Source: Promethearchaeota archaeon (lineage in GTDB: Archaea > Asgardarchaeota > Lokiarchaeia > Sigyniarchaeales > SOKP01). From it: DNA of 64,000 nt. The notes beneath the pieces were generated by a model. That model made no database searches. It worked only from the letters and a program-made list of their open reading frames with translations, and was not told where the DNA came from. Positions 29,918 through 39,778 of this stretch are shown piece by piece. The first letter of the stretch is position 1. Every line of letters begins with the position of its first letter. The stretch spans positions 752,785 to 816,784 of the forward strand of contig JBHLNF010000001.1 in assembly GCA_048937405.1 (NCBI GenBank). The letters run 5' to 3'. A program made the position numbers and the translations under genes.

Positions 29918-31633
29918 TTGATAAAGAAACGAAACCAAATTTTAGTCATTTTTTCATTAATTTTTCTTGGATTTAGTTTACATTCAATGCTTTTTTCTGT
30001 AAATAATTTTCAAACATTTGATGAAGAGAAATATGAACTAGAAGAAGGTATTGATCCCAAAATGTCAACAACTCCCCTAAAATATTCTGATATACATCGA
30101 AATGCCTCTAAAATATATCGATTATTTGAATCAGTAAATTTTACAATCAATACAACAAATGTTTCTCCTTATGCTAATTATGCACTTATGGAGATAAAAT
30201 TTCCCAATAGTACTATTAGAAATTATAATATGACTTCTATGGGTAATGGAAATTTTACATATGAATTCAAACCACATTATAATACTCCGCTTGGATTTCA
30301 TAACGTCAGTTTTTTAATCTACAATGATACTAATGTTCTATTGAATAATCACACAACTTATTCAAACTTCACAATTGATTCGAATTGCAATGCGGTCTTT
30401 AAATTGAATAATGAACCTAGTCTTGAATACCATATTAACGAAACACTAATAGCAGAAGTGGATGTAGATAATTTCAAAAGTTATGAATTTGAATGGGATC
30501 TTACGATTGTTGATAGTATGGATGAAGCTACGCAAAATAAATTATTAAATCTTCAAAGTAATGTCAATTATTTATCATTTCTAATTGAAAATGAGACTTT
30601 CCAACAATTAAATACTATATATTATTTAGAAGTAAATATGACTGATACTACTCTTGAAAAAAATGCAGCAGCTTATTTTCCTTTTTACGTTAAAAATTCT
30701 AATCCAAGAATTACTTCCGAGATTATTCTTTCTCCACAGGAAATTTTCAGAACAGAGGCTTTTACAATTTTAGTAAATGTTACAGACCTTGAAACTGCTA
30801 ATGATGATCTCACTGTTTCTGCAGATGTTTACGATTCTAAGGGTACTCTTGTTTCTAGCCGAGAATTGAACTATATAGGGAATGAGACTTTTACAACTTC
30901 AATTTCGATTTCTTCAAGCAATCCAATGGGGAGCTATAAAGTTGAAGTTACAGCTGAGGATGAAAATGATGGAAGTGATTCAAAATTGGCTTATCTGGAA
31001 GTTAAAAATAATTATCCTGAAATACATAGTTATCAGATCAATGGAATGTCAATGAATAAGAGTATTTCTGTTTTTTATGGTAAAAATCTTGTATTTAAAT
31101 TCAATGTATCAGACGATGTGGGTGTTTATGCTGTTACGGTTGCTCTTTTAAACGAACATGATGAATGGTATAACATCACAAGAGAATATATCGGAGAAGA
31201 AACAGAAATTACCATCAGAACACAAGATTTAATAAGTGGATTATGGTTAGTTTATATTTATGTGATAGATACTGATGGAGCAGTTACAAGTCTTATTGAT
31301 GATTATAATATGGCCCCTCAAGGAATAAGAATTATTCCAGATGTTATAAGTAATTATATCCCATGGATTATTTTATTTACTGGAATGAGTATAGGAGTGT
31401 TAATTGGCATTGGGATAGTATACAAATATTTTAAAACGAAATTTATTGGACAAAAACCAATATCTGCTGATAAAAAGACAATTAAATCTAAGAAATCGGT
31501 TAAACAGAAAAAGTTAAAAACCAAATTAGCCGATGAAGGATTTAAGGAAAAGGAAGTTGAAAAAAAAACGGATAAAAAGGAAGAGGAACAAGAGGAGGAA
31601 GTAACTACACGAAAAATAAAAAGAAAATTATAA
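29918..31633 (+). CDS. Type-I membrane/surface glycoprotein with Ig/cadherin-like repeats and charged cytoplasmic tail
   Basis: Signal-like N-terminus; VKNSNPRI / VKNNYPEI repeat starts, VNVTD.E, TAEDEND, VIDTDG; TM then K/E-rich tail. Confidence 0.7.
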   Translation: MIKKRNQILVIFSLIFLGFSLHSMLFSVNNFQTFDEEKYELEEGIDPKMSTTPLKYSDIHRNASKIYRLFESVNFTINTTNVSPYANYALMEIKFPNSTIRNYNMTSMGNGNFTYEFKPHYNTPLGFHNVSFLIYNDTNVLLNNHTTYSNFTIDSNCNAVFKLNNEPSLEYHINETLIAEVDVDNFKSYEFEWDLTIVDSMDEATQNKLLNLQSNVNYLSFLIENETFQQLNTIYYLEVNMTDTTLEKNAAAYFPFYVKNSNPRITSEIILSPQEIFRTEAFTILVNVTDLETANDDLTVSADVYDSKGTLVSSRELNYIGNETFTTSISISSSNPMGSYKVEVTAEDENDGSDSKLAYLEVKNNYPEIHSYQINGMSMNKSISVFYGKNLVFKFNVSDDVGVYAVTVALLNEHDEWYNITREYIGEETEITIRTQDLISGLWLVYIYVIDTDGAVTSLIDDYNMAPQGIRIIPDVISNYIPWIILFTGMSIGVLIGIGIVYKYFKTKFIGQKPISADKKTIKSKKSVKQKKLKTKLADEGFKEKEVEKKTDKKEEEQEEEVTTRKIKRKL

Positions 31634-31681
31634 TTAAAGAAAAAATTTCATTCTTTTTACTTACTTAATAATTTTACATTT

Positions 31682-32593
31682 TTAGCTTAGAATATCATTT
31701 AATTTATATTGAAATTTACCAAGATTTCCTCCATAATTACCTGCAGATATACGATTTATGCCTTGAACTTTAACTGCTGCTTCAATTCCCAATTTCATTG
31801 CATTTCTAATTGCTTCTTCTGTAGCACCATCAAGAACAATTTCATAAACGCAATTATCTTCCTCTTTTAATTCTGAATCTTCTATTCTGGATTTTAAAGT
31901 TGGACAATATTTTTCATTAGTAGAAGCTCGCATAAAATTATACTTAGATCCAACTTTTGATCCTGATCTTACAATACCACCTGGAAAGGGTGCAATTACA
32001 TTAGGAACATCTTTAATAGCTTCAATTGCTTTTTCAGCAGCTTCTAAAGTCGAATCTTGATCTTTTCCAATAATTAAAAAATTTCCACCAGCTATACCTT
32101 TTCCTACTTTAAAAGAGTTTTGAACAATAAATTCACCCCCCATAACAGGAATTTTAAAAGCCTCAAAAGGATACATACCTTCAATTTTTTCTTGGAATCC
32201 ATCTCCAAAGAATTTTAAATTATTACCTGATTTTACTTCAAATTCCTTAGCACGATCAAGAGAGATATTTAGAGCATCAAAACACGAAGTCGTAGGGCAT
32301 GTTAAAATGCATTCACCAATTCGATGAGTTAAAACCATACTCATCTCATCTTTTTTGTTCTTAAAGAACATTAATATTACTCCTGGACGTTTGTCAGGTG
32401 TATTCTCCGAATCTACAAAGATATCAATACCCGCTTCGGCATCGCAACCGATTGTTGATGTTCCATAACCCGTTGCTTCCTGAGCCGCTATAGTAGCCCA
32501 TTTCTTATTCTTTGCAGTTACTAAAACTCGTGAAAATACGGCTCCAAAAGCTTCACAGTAAGTATCTTCAATTTCTACTCCATTAATATTCAT
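31682..32593 (-). CDS. ftr: Formylmethanofuran--tetrahydromethanopterin formyltransferase
   Basis: INGVEIEDTYCEAF, GCDAEAG, TPD.RPG, LTCPTT, GSKVGSKY, SAGNYGG.LG. Confidence 0.95.
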   Translation of the reverse strand: MNINGVEIEDTYCEAFGAVFSRVLVTAKNKKWATIAAQEATGYGTSTIGCDAEAGIDIFVDSENTPDKRPGVILMFFKNKKDEMSMVLTHRIGECILTCPTTSCFDALNISLDRAKEFEVKSGNNLKFFGDGFQEKIEGMYPFEAFKIPVMGGEFIVQNSFKVGKGIAGGNFLIIGKDQDSTLEAAEKAIEAIKDVPNVIAPFPGGIVRSGSKVGSKYNFMRASTNEKYCPTLKSRIEDSELKEEDNCVYEIVLDGATEEAIRNAMKLGIEAAVKVQGINRISAGNYGGNLGKFQYKLNDILS

Positions 32594-32756
32594 TTTGATT
32601 ATACCTTAAGGTTATAATTTTTCTTTTTTTATAATTTGTATTTACTTATAGAGTTCCTTATTTTATAAAATTTAAAACAAAAAATAAAAACATTGAATAA
32701 TTGATAACAATTATATTTATATTTAAATTTGAAAGATTTACATAAGATTGTGAAAA

Positions 32757-33596
32757 ATGAGCGAAAAAGTGCTTAAAATTGGAATTTTGAAGAATGGAAC
32801 TATTGGATCTTCTTTACTTCTCGCTTTCTTAATGGATGAACGTGCTGAATCTACAAGAATTAGTGTCTATGAAGTTACCTCTGGGGCAAAAATGCATCCT
32901 CCAGAAATATGCACAAAAACAATGGAGGATTTATTAAAATGGGAACCTGAATTAATAATTATGTCAAGTCCAAATGCAGCATTACCAGGCCCTAAAGCAG
33001 CGAGAGAAATGGCAGGAACAATACCAACTATAATAATTTCTGATTCTCCAGCTAAAAAAGCAGTTGACGAAATAAAAGAAAAGAATATGGGTTTCATTTT
33101 GGTAAATTGTGATAGTATGATTGGAGCACGTCGACCTTTTCTTGATCCTATTGAAATGAGTATATTTAACTCGGATCTACTAAAGGTTTTAGCAATTACT
33201 GGAGCACTCCAGGTCATTGCTGAAGAATTAAATAAAGTAATTTTAGATATGCTTGAAGATAGAACGCCTGTTTTACCTCAAATCATTGTTGACGCAAATA
33301 TTGCGACTGATGTAGCTAAGTTCGCTAATCCTTATGCTAGAGCAAAAGCTATTGCTGCTTTTGAACTTGCAGCGTCAGTATCAAAATTGACTGGTAAAGC
33401 GTGCTTTCAATTAAAAGAAAAATCAGAATATATGCCACTATTAGCAGCAGCTCATGAAATGATGAGGACTGCCGCCTTAATGTGTGATAAAGCAAGAGAA
33501 ATTGAAAAATCAAACGATACAGTTATCAGACGACCTCATCACGCCAAGCAACAAAGGTTTTTAACAAAAATTGGCTTAAATGATAAAGAGCAATAG
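32757..33596 (+). CDS. mtd: F420-dependent methylene-H4MPT dehydrogenase
   Basis: DERA, SGAKM, SPNAALPGP..ARE, DSMIGARR.FLDP.EM, NPYARAKA, AAHEMMR.AA, EIEK. Confidence 0.92.
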   Translation: MSEKVLKIGILKNGTIGSSLLLAFLMDERAESTRISVYEVTSGAKMHPPEICTKTMEDLLKWEPELIIMSSPNAALPGPKAAREMAGTIPTIIISDSPAKKAVDEIKEKNMGFILVNCDSMIGARRPFLDPIEMSIFNSDLLKVLAITGALQVIAEELNKVILDMLEDRTPVLPQIIVDANIATDVAKFANPYARAKAIAAFELAASVSKLTGKACFQLKEKSEYMPLLAAAHEMMRTAALMCDKAREIEKSNDTVIRRPHHAKQQRFLTKIGLNDKEQ

Positions 33597-33653
33597 TAAC
33601 CAAAAAAACTATAAGTTTTATAAAAATAAATTTTTTCTTTTCAATTCTTAGAA

Positions 33654-34610
33654 TTAGTAGTGAGCAGATTTCAAATAGAGTGCTAAATTCTTAAACTGAT
33701 CACCAGTTAAAGCATTCATAACACTAGAAAAAACTTCAGAAGTTTTATTTCGTGTTACAGCCATCAAAACTGCTCCGTTATAAACTTCCTTTATTAAAAT
33801 CCAACAGTTGTCTGATTCATAGACTACAGTTGATAATGATAATGGAGAAAGAGTTGATATATTTTGAAGTTCCATAATTTGTTGATAAATACTATAAACA
33901 TTAGAATCTAAAGTCCCAATTTCAAATTTCATAAATTGTAACGGTTTTGATTCAAATTTACCAAAAGTAGATGAGATTAGTAAACCATCGGGTTGATTGA
34001 ATAAAAGATATTCAGATAAAGTATTAATTTTTAATTCATCTAAGAAATGACGTATTTTTCCAAAACGTTGCATTGATAAAGTATTCTTCTGAATCTCAAA
34101 ATCAAGGATTTCAATTAATCTATGTTGGGCACTCCCTTCTTTAACTGATACTGGAGTAAATGAGACTCTTTCCATTAAACCATTATTTAGATTCTTTGTT
34201 AGTATTTCATAATATTCATCTTCTTTTGAATTGTCTAAATCAACTTTATTTAATAAAACATAAATCATATCAATTTTAGGCGAAAATTCTAAAACATATT
34301 TCAAGAATTTCTCAAAAATTTCACGCACTTCGGGATCAACTGCTGCAGAATCAACCATAAATACAGCAGTAGTAGCTTCTGAAAATATTAGTTCGCGTTG
34401 AGATTCTGAAAAATATCGCTCCATGTAGCGTTCTTGACCTCCGAGATCCCAAACATTAAGTTCCATTATTCCTCGGAAAATAAAATTCTCCCGAGAAACG
34501 CCTTTAGTAGGTTTTAGATTTAGCACTTTCATGAAGTTATACCCTAAACAAGTTGTTCGCATTAGTGATGTTTTACCTGCTCCAGCTGGACCGAATAATA
34601 AAATTTTCAT
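33654..34610 (-). CDS. RagA/Gtr1-like small GTPase with C-terminal roadblock-like domain
   Basis: GPAGAGKTS, LNVWDLGGQERYMERYF..QRELIF (cf. RagA LNLWDCGGQ..MENYF..QRDNIF), NKVD; C-terminal LLFNQPDGLLISS roadblock-like motif. Confidence 0.85.
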   Translation of the reverse strand: MKILLFGPAGAGKTSLMRTTCLGYNFMKVLNLKPTKGVSRENFIFRGIMELNVWDLGGQERYMERYFSESQRELIFSEATTAVFMVDSAAVDPEVREIFEKFLKYVLEFSPKIDMIYVLLNKVDLDNSKEDEYYEILTKNLNNGLMERVSFTPVSVKEGSAQHRLIEILDFEIQKNTLSMQRFGKIRHFLDELKINTLSEYLLFNQPDGLLISSTFGKFESKPLQFMKFEIGTLDSNVYSIYQQIMELQNISTLSPLSLSTVVYESDNCWILIKEVYNGAVLMAVTRNKTSEVFSSVMNALTGDQFKNLALYLKSAHY

Positions 34611-34821
34611 TTAAATGCAACCCGATTTAGAATTTGTTTTTTATTTATTTTCAATATATTTTTTATACTTTAATTTTTATTTAATTTTTTCTAATTATTA
34701 AATGAAAATTTGTGTTAGTATGAATTTGATCATGTCTATAATTAATCATTTTTAATTACCATTTTTAATTATCAAATTTAATTAATTGAATTCTAAATTA
34801 ACAAATGTAAATTGAATTGGA

Positions 34822-35349
34822 ATGAATTTAGAAGATTATATAAGAAATGTACCTGACTTCCCTGTTAAGGGAATACAGTTTAAGGATATTACCACATTAG
34901 CAAAAGTTCATAAGGCATTTAAAGATTCATGCGATAAAATTATTGATCAATATAAAGGAAAAGGTATTTCAAAAGTAGCTGCAATTGAAGCTCGTGGATA
35001 CGTATGGGGTGGAGTGATTGCTTATCAATTAGGTGCAGGATTTGTTTTAATGAGAAAACCAGGTAAATTACCTTACAAGACTCTAAGCGAAACTTATGAA
35101 CTTGAATATGGTACAGATAGTATCGAAATGCATGTTGATGCAATTGAAGAAGGGGATAAAGTTTTAGTTTTTGATGATCTATTGGCAACTGGAGGTACTG
35201 CTAAAGCGGCATGTAATTTAGTGGAAAAGGCTGGAGGTAATGTTTTAGGAATTGCTTTTATTATTGAATTAACAGGAAGTTTACATGGAAGAGATAAATT
35301 AAAGGAATATGAAGTTCTCTCTCTGATAGAGATTCCCGTAGAAGAATAA
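34822..35349 (+). CDS. apt: Adenine phosphoribosyltransferase
   Basis: PDFPVKGIQFKDIT, EARG, RKPGKLP, YELEYG, DDLLATGGT. Confidence 0.95.
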   Translation: MNLEDYIRNVPDFPVKGIQFKDITTLAKVHKAFKDSCDKIIDQYKGKGISKVAAIEARGYVWGGVIAYQLGAGFVLMRKPGKLPYKTLSETYELEYGTDSIEMHVDAIEEGDKVLVFDDLLATGGTAKAACNLVEKAGGNVLGIAFIIELTGSLHGRDKLKEYEVLSLIEIPVEE

Positions 35350-35402
35350 TGTGGATTCATATGAATCCTTTGAAAACAAATTCTATTTTAAAATAAATTT
35401 TT

Positions 35403-36407
35403 TCATATTTTTTCTAATTCTGGTGGAATAAAACCAAATACTTCAAAAAATCTTTTTCTTACTTTATTTATATCAAATTTTTGTGTTTGAGCTCCACTAG
35501 TTTCAACAACAAATGACCCTATTATAGCACCTAATCGACAAGCATCCAACAGAGTCATATCTAATGTTAAACCTGATAATATTCCCGCTCGATATCCATC
35601 GCCAGCGCCCGTAGTATCTTCTATTTTATTTGGGGGTGCAATTGGGATATTCACACTAAATATCTTTTCTTTTTTATCCTTATAAATTAGTTCTGATCCT
35701 TCTCCTCCCTTAGTAATCACAATTGCGTTTATAACTTTCATTAACCCATCTTTATCTAATGAAGTTTTATCCATAATTTGATTTATTTCATACCTATTAC
35801 CAATTAGAATATCTGATTTTTGAATGATTTTTATTAGTGACTCTTTTGGAAAAAGTGGAGTTACTTGACCTGGATCAAAAATAATTGGAATTTTTAAATT
35901 ATACAATTGATCTGTGAAATGTTCCATAGCATCAACGCTTTGAGTTGAATTGATAGCATAAGAATAATTTTCAGGATCCTTAAGTTTTTCTTTTAAATCG
36001 ATTTCCTTGCATTTATCTAATGCTCCTCCATGGAAAATGATCATTTGATTTGATTTAATATCATTCACAATATAACATGCAGCAGTGAAGAGGTCCTCAT
36101 GAAAATCAATTCCAAGTTCAATATTATCAAATTGTTTTATATGATCTTTATAACCTAAACTTTCAAAATCTTTTCCTACTGATCCTAATAAAGATACTCC
36201 AGCAATGTTTAATAAACCTAAGTTATAAGCAATATTACCTGCGGTACCACCAAAGTATTGTTTCCGACTATCTGCTGTAATGGTGCTTTGATATTCTTCC
36301 TTTTCATGATCGACTGAAACAGCATTAATAAAATTTTCCTTGAATCCCATAATATAATCAAAAGCTAAAGATCCAAGAACTAAGACTTTCCTTTTATTCA
36401 TTTTCAA
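35403..36407 (-). CDS. PfkB-family nucleoside (adenosine) kinase
   Basis: GSLAFD, GGTAGNIAYNL, DPGQ, DTTGAGDGYRAG. Confidence 0.85.
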   Translation of the reverse strand: MKMNKRKVLVLGSLAFDYIMGFKENFINAVSVDHEKEEYQSTITADSRKQYFGGTAGNIAYNLGLLNIAGVSLLGSVGKDFESLGYKDHIKQFDNIELGIDFHEDLFTAACYIVNDIKSNQMIIFHGGALDKCKEIDLKEKLKDPENYSYAINSTQSVDAMEHFTDQLYNLKIPIIFDPGQVTPLFPKESLIKIIQKSDILIGNRYEINQIMDKTSLDKDGLMKVINAIVITKGGEGSELIYKDKKEKIFSVNIPIAPPNKIEDTTGAGDGYRAGILSGLTLDMTLLDACRLGAIIGSFVVETSGAQTQKFDINKVRKRFFEVFGFIPPELEKI

Positions 36408-36531
36408 TTTATTGAATTAATAATCTTTTATAATTTTTATATAAGTTTAATTGTGTAAAGATTAAAATGACTATATCTTGCTAAGATTATTATAAAATTT
36501 TATTAAAGCGAATTTCATTTTTTTATCATTT

Positions 36532-37401
36532 TCAGATTATTGCGTTTGAAAGTGTGTGGAAACATCGACAATCTCTTTTAGTGTCAATTTTTGCGATACT
36601 AAGTTCTAATATTTTTTTAAGGTTAGTAATATTTCTGGATATGGTTTCTAGAACCTCAGGGACATTAACTTCCAATTTACTTACAGAACTTCCACATTTT
36701 TCACATAAATTTCCGTATTCAATTACGCCACAATTAGGACATTCTCCGGCCCATACATCTAAATCTGTAACCATGGCAATACAACAATAACAAATTTCTT
36801 TTTCAGAAGACAATACCACTTCAGGATAGGTTGTCATCCCTACAATATCTCCTCCCCATTCTCTAAACATTTTTGATTCTGATCTGGTGGAAAATCGAGG
36901 ACCTTCGATACATACATATGTTCCTCCATTTTGAATATTAATTCCAAGCTGTTTTCCACTATTATAAAATAATTCGTTTAAATAACTACAATAGGGATCG
37001 GCTTGTCCAATATGACATACTTGACCACCTTCATAGAATGTATCAATACGGTTCTTAGTTCGATCAATATATTGGTTTACTAATAAAAATTTACCCTTTA
37101 TATGTTCCAATTTTAGAGAGCCTACCGCAGATGGAGCAATAATAAATTTAACTCCTATTTCTTTCAATGCCCAAATGTTTGCTCTATAATTTAAATTATG
37201 TGGGGGAATAATATGACCAATACCATGGCGAGGCAGATAAGCTAGCTTTTTCCCCTTAAAATCACCAATTATGATTGCTGCTGATGTACTCCCATAAGGA
37301 GTATAGACTTTTATTTCTTTTGGATTGTCTAGAGTTATATCAGAACCAGTTCCACCAATAATTCCAATCTCAACAATTTCTTTTACTTTTTTCATAATCA
37401 A
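36532..37401 (-). CDS. mtnP: 5'-methylthioadenosine phosphorylase paralogue with zinc-ribbon insertion
   Basis: GIIGGTG, TPYG, PRHG..H..PPH, NYRANI, EGPRFST, GMT..PE, TDLD followed by a CPNC...CEKC insert. Confidence 0.85.
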   Translation of the reverse strand: MIMKKVKEIVEIGIIGGTGSDITLDNPKEIKVYTPYGSTSAAIIIGDFKGKKLAYLPRHGIGHIIPPHNLNYRANIWALKEIGVKFIIAPSAVGSLKLEHIKGKFLLVNQYIDRTKNRIDTFYEGGQVCHIGQADPYCSYLNELFYNSGKQLGINIQNGGTYVCIEGPRFSTRSESKMFREWGGDIVGMTTYPEVVLSSEKEICYCCIAMVTDLDVWAGECPNCGVIEYGNLCEKCGSSVSKLEVNVPEVLETISRNITNLKKILELSIAKIDTKRDCRCFHTLSNAII

Positions 37402-37424
37402 TTCACATTATTTTTATTTTAATC

Positions 37425-37449
37425 AAAATAAAATAAAATAAAATAAAAT
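37425..37449. repeat. (AAAAT)5 pentanucleotide tandem repeat in the divergent MTAP intergenic region
   Basis: Five exact AAAAT units. Confidence 0.6.
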
Positions 37450-37493
37450 TTGAGCTATTTTAAATATTATAAATATAAAAATTCAAATTTTAG

Positions 37494-38255
37494 TTGATAA
37501 ATATTATGGTTAAAATAGGTATAATTGGGGGTTCGGGATTAGATAATCCGGACATTTTAAAAGATGATAGAGATATTGAAGTTGATACTCCATATGGTAA
37601 ACCTTCATCTCCTTTAAAGATTGGAAAGATCGAGAATGTTGATGTAGTTCTCATAGCTAGACATGGAAGAGAACATACCATTCCACCAACATATGTGAAT
37701 TACAGAGCTAATATACAAGCATTGAAGGATCAGGACTGTACACATATTATAGCTACTACAGCTTGTGGAAGCTTACGAGAAAAAATTGGTAGAGGAGATT
37801 TAGTAATTGTTGACCAATTTATTGACTTTACTAGACTCAGAAAAATCACCTTTTTTGATGAGTTCCCTCCTGGTGATGCCAAACATACACCGATGGCATA
37901 TCCTTATTCAAGTGAGTTAAGAAAAATCCTTATTGAAACAGCAAAAGAACTTAATCTTAAACACCATGAAAAAGGGACCGTAATTACTATTGAAGGACCA
38001 AGGTTTTCCACTAGAGCGGAATCAGAAATGTTTCGAATTTGGGGTGCTGATGTTATAAATATGAGTATTGCTCCAGAGACAATTTTAGCAAATGAAGCAT
38101 CTATACCTTATGCTGCAGTTGCTATGTCTACAGATTATGATTGTTGGAAAGATGATGAAGTGCCCGTAACTTGGGAAGAAATCTTGGAAATTTTTGGCAA
38201 AAATGTTAGTAATGTCATTGCTTTAATAACTAATTGTATAAAGAAAATACAATAA
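37494..38255 (+). CDS. mtnP: 5'-methylthioadenosine phosphorylase
   Basis: GIIGGSG, TPYGKPS, ARHG..HTIPP, TACGSL, EGPRFSTRAES, TDYDCW. Confidence 0.92.
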   Translation: MINIMVKIGIIGGSGLDNPDILKDDRDIEVDTPYGKPSSPLKIGKIENVDVVLIARHGREHTIPPTYVNYRANIQALKDQDCTHIIATTACGSLREKIGRGDLVIVDQFIDFTRLRKITFFDEFPPGDAKHTPMAYPYSSELRKILIETAKELNLKHHEKGTVITIEGPRFSTRAESEMFRIWGADVINMSIAPETILANEASIPYAAVAMSTDYDCWKDDEVPVTWEEILEIFGKNVSNVIALITNCIKKIQ

Positions 38256-38446
38256 TTTTTTTTTTAAGAAATTCTTTTTTTTTTCCAGAAATATTTGATA
38301 TTAGAATGAGTGTAAAAAATGTATAATTATTTGGAGGAATTTGTAAAAGATTGATTATTGTATTTGATAAGATTATTATTTTTTCATTTGTTTAAAGTAT
38401 ATAACTATTCTTATGAAGCTTAAAATAACTAAAGAGTAATTTAAAA

Positions 38447-39754
38447 ATGGTAAACATTTCATTTCTTGGTGGATGCAGAGAAGTCGGACGTAGTGCTATA
38501 TTAATCGAATCAAAAAGTGGGGCTAAATGCATGTTAGATTATGGGATAAGATTTCATGGAGAAGAGAGACTCCCTTATAATACGAATATAGATAATCTAA
38601 AAGCTGTTGCTTTAACTCATTGCCATATTGATCATTCTGGTGCATTACCTTTTTTGTTTAAGACCAAAAAAATCCCTCTTCTTACAAATTCAATTACATT
38701 AGCTATATCTGAAATTCTAATTAAAGACATGATTAAAATATCAAATTTCAATTATCCATTTGGCTATCGAGAATTAGATTATTTAATACAAAATTCCATT
38801 TTTCTAAAAAATGGGAATCGTCAAAAGATTCATGATAACTTTTACCTAACATTTATTGATGCGGGGCATATTCCAGGAAGTGTTTCCATTTTAATTGAAG
38901 TGGATAATAAAAAAATTTTATACACAGGAGATATCAATTCACAAATTACTAATTTAGTAAATCCAGCAAATCCTAATAATGGTCATGAGATCGATAGTGT
39001 AATCATGGAATCTACTTATGCTCTTAAGGAACATCCTCCAAGAGAACAATTAGAAAAAGAATTTGTGGAAAAAATTATTAACATTACTGATAATGGAGGG
39101 AAAGTGTTAATTCCAGCATTCGGAGTTGCACGCTCTCAGGAAACGTTACTAATTTTGGAAAAATATGATTATAATGGAAATATATTTATTGATGGTTTAG
39201 CAAGAAAAATATCAATGTTATATTTAGATTACCCTAATTTTTTAAAAAATATTAAACAATTCAAAAAAGCTTTAAAGAAAACTCAATTTGTTTCTAAACC
39301 CAAAACTAGATCAACTATCAAAAACACAAACGGAGTTATAATATCCCCTTCTGGGATGCTTAAAGGAGGCATAGCAATTGATTATATTCAATCAATATTA
39401 CCAGATCATTCTTCAGCAGTTTATTTAGTTGGATATCAAGTGGAAGGAACTCCAGGAAGAAAATTGTTAGATGAAGGAATTTTTGAATTTAAAGAATCAA
39501 GAAAAAATAGGAAAATTTCATTGGATTTAAAAATTAAAGCAAAATGCGACTATGATTACTTTGATTTTTCTAGTCATTCTGATAATAGTCATATTCATAA
39601 ATATATTGAAAATTTAAAATTTAAAGAGAATTCAAATAGAGATATTTTCTGTGTTCATGGAGATAATAAATCCACCACTCGCTTAGCAAGTGAATTGGTT
39701 AAAAAAAAATACAATTCAGTAGCTCCTGAAACAGGAGAAGTATATCATGTTTAG
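38447..39754 (+). CDS. Metallo-beta-lactamase/beta-CASP ribonuclease
   Basis: LGG..EVGRS, THCHIDH, AGHIPG, YTGD, ESTY, GYQ..GTPGR, SSHSD, VHGD. Confidence 0.92.
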   Translation: MVNISFLGGCREVGRSAILIESKSGAKCMLDYGIRFHGEERLPYNTNIDNLKAVALTHCHIDHSGALPFLFKTKKIPLLTNSITLAISEILIKDMIKISNFNYPFGYRELDYLIQNSIFLKNGNRQKIHDNFYLTFIDAGHIPGSVSILIEVDNKKILYTGDINSQITNLVNPANPNNGHEIDSVIMESTYALKEHPPREQLEKEFVEKIINITDNGGKVLIPAFGVARSQETLLILEKYDYNGNIFIDGLARKISMLYLDYPNFLKNIKQFKKALKKTQFVSKPKTRSTIKNTNGVIISPSGMLKGGIAIDYIQSILPDHSSAVYLVGYQVEGTPGRKLLDEGIFEFKESRKNRKISLDLKIKAKCDYDYFDFSSHSDNSHIHKYIENLKFKENSNRDIFCVHGDNKSTTRLASELVKKKYNSVAPETGEVYHV

Positions 39755-39778
39755 ACATTTTCTTTAAGAATTATCATT

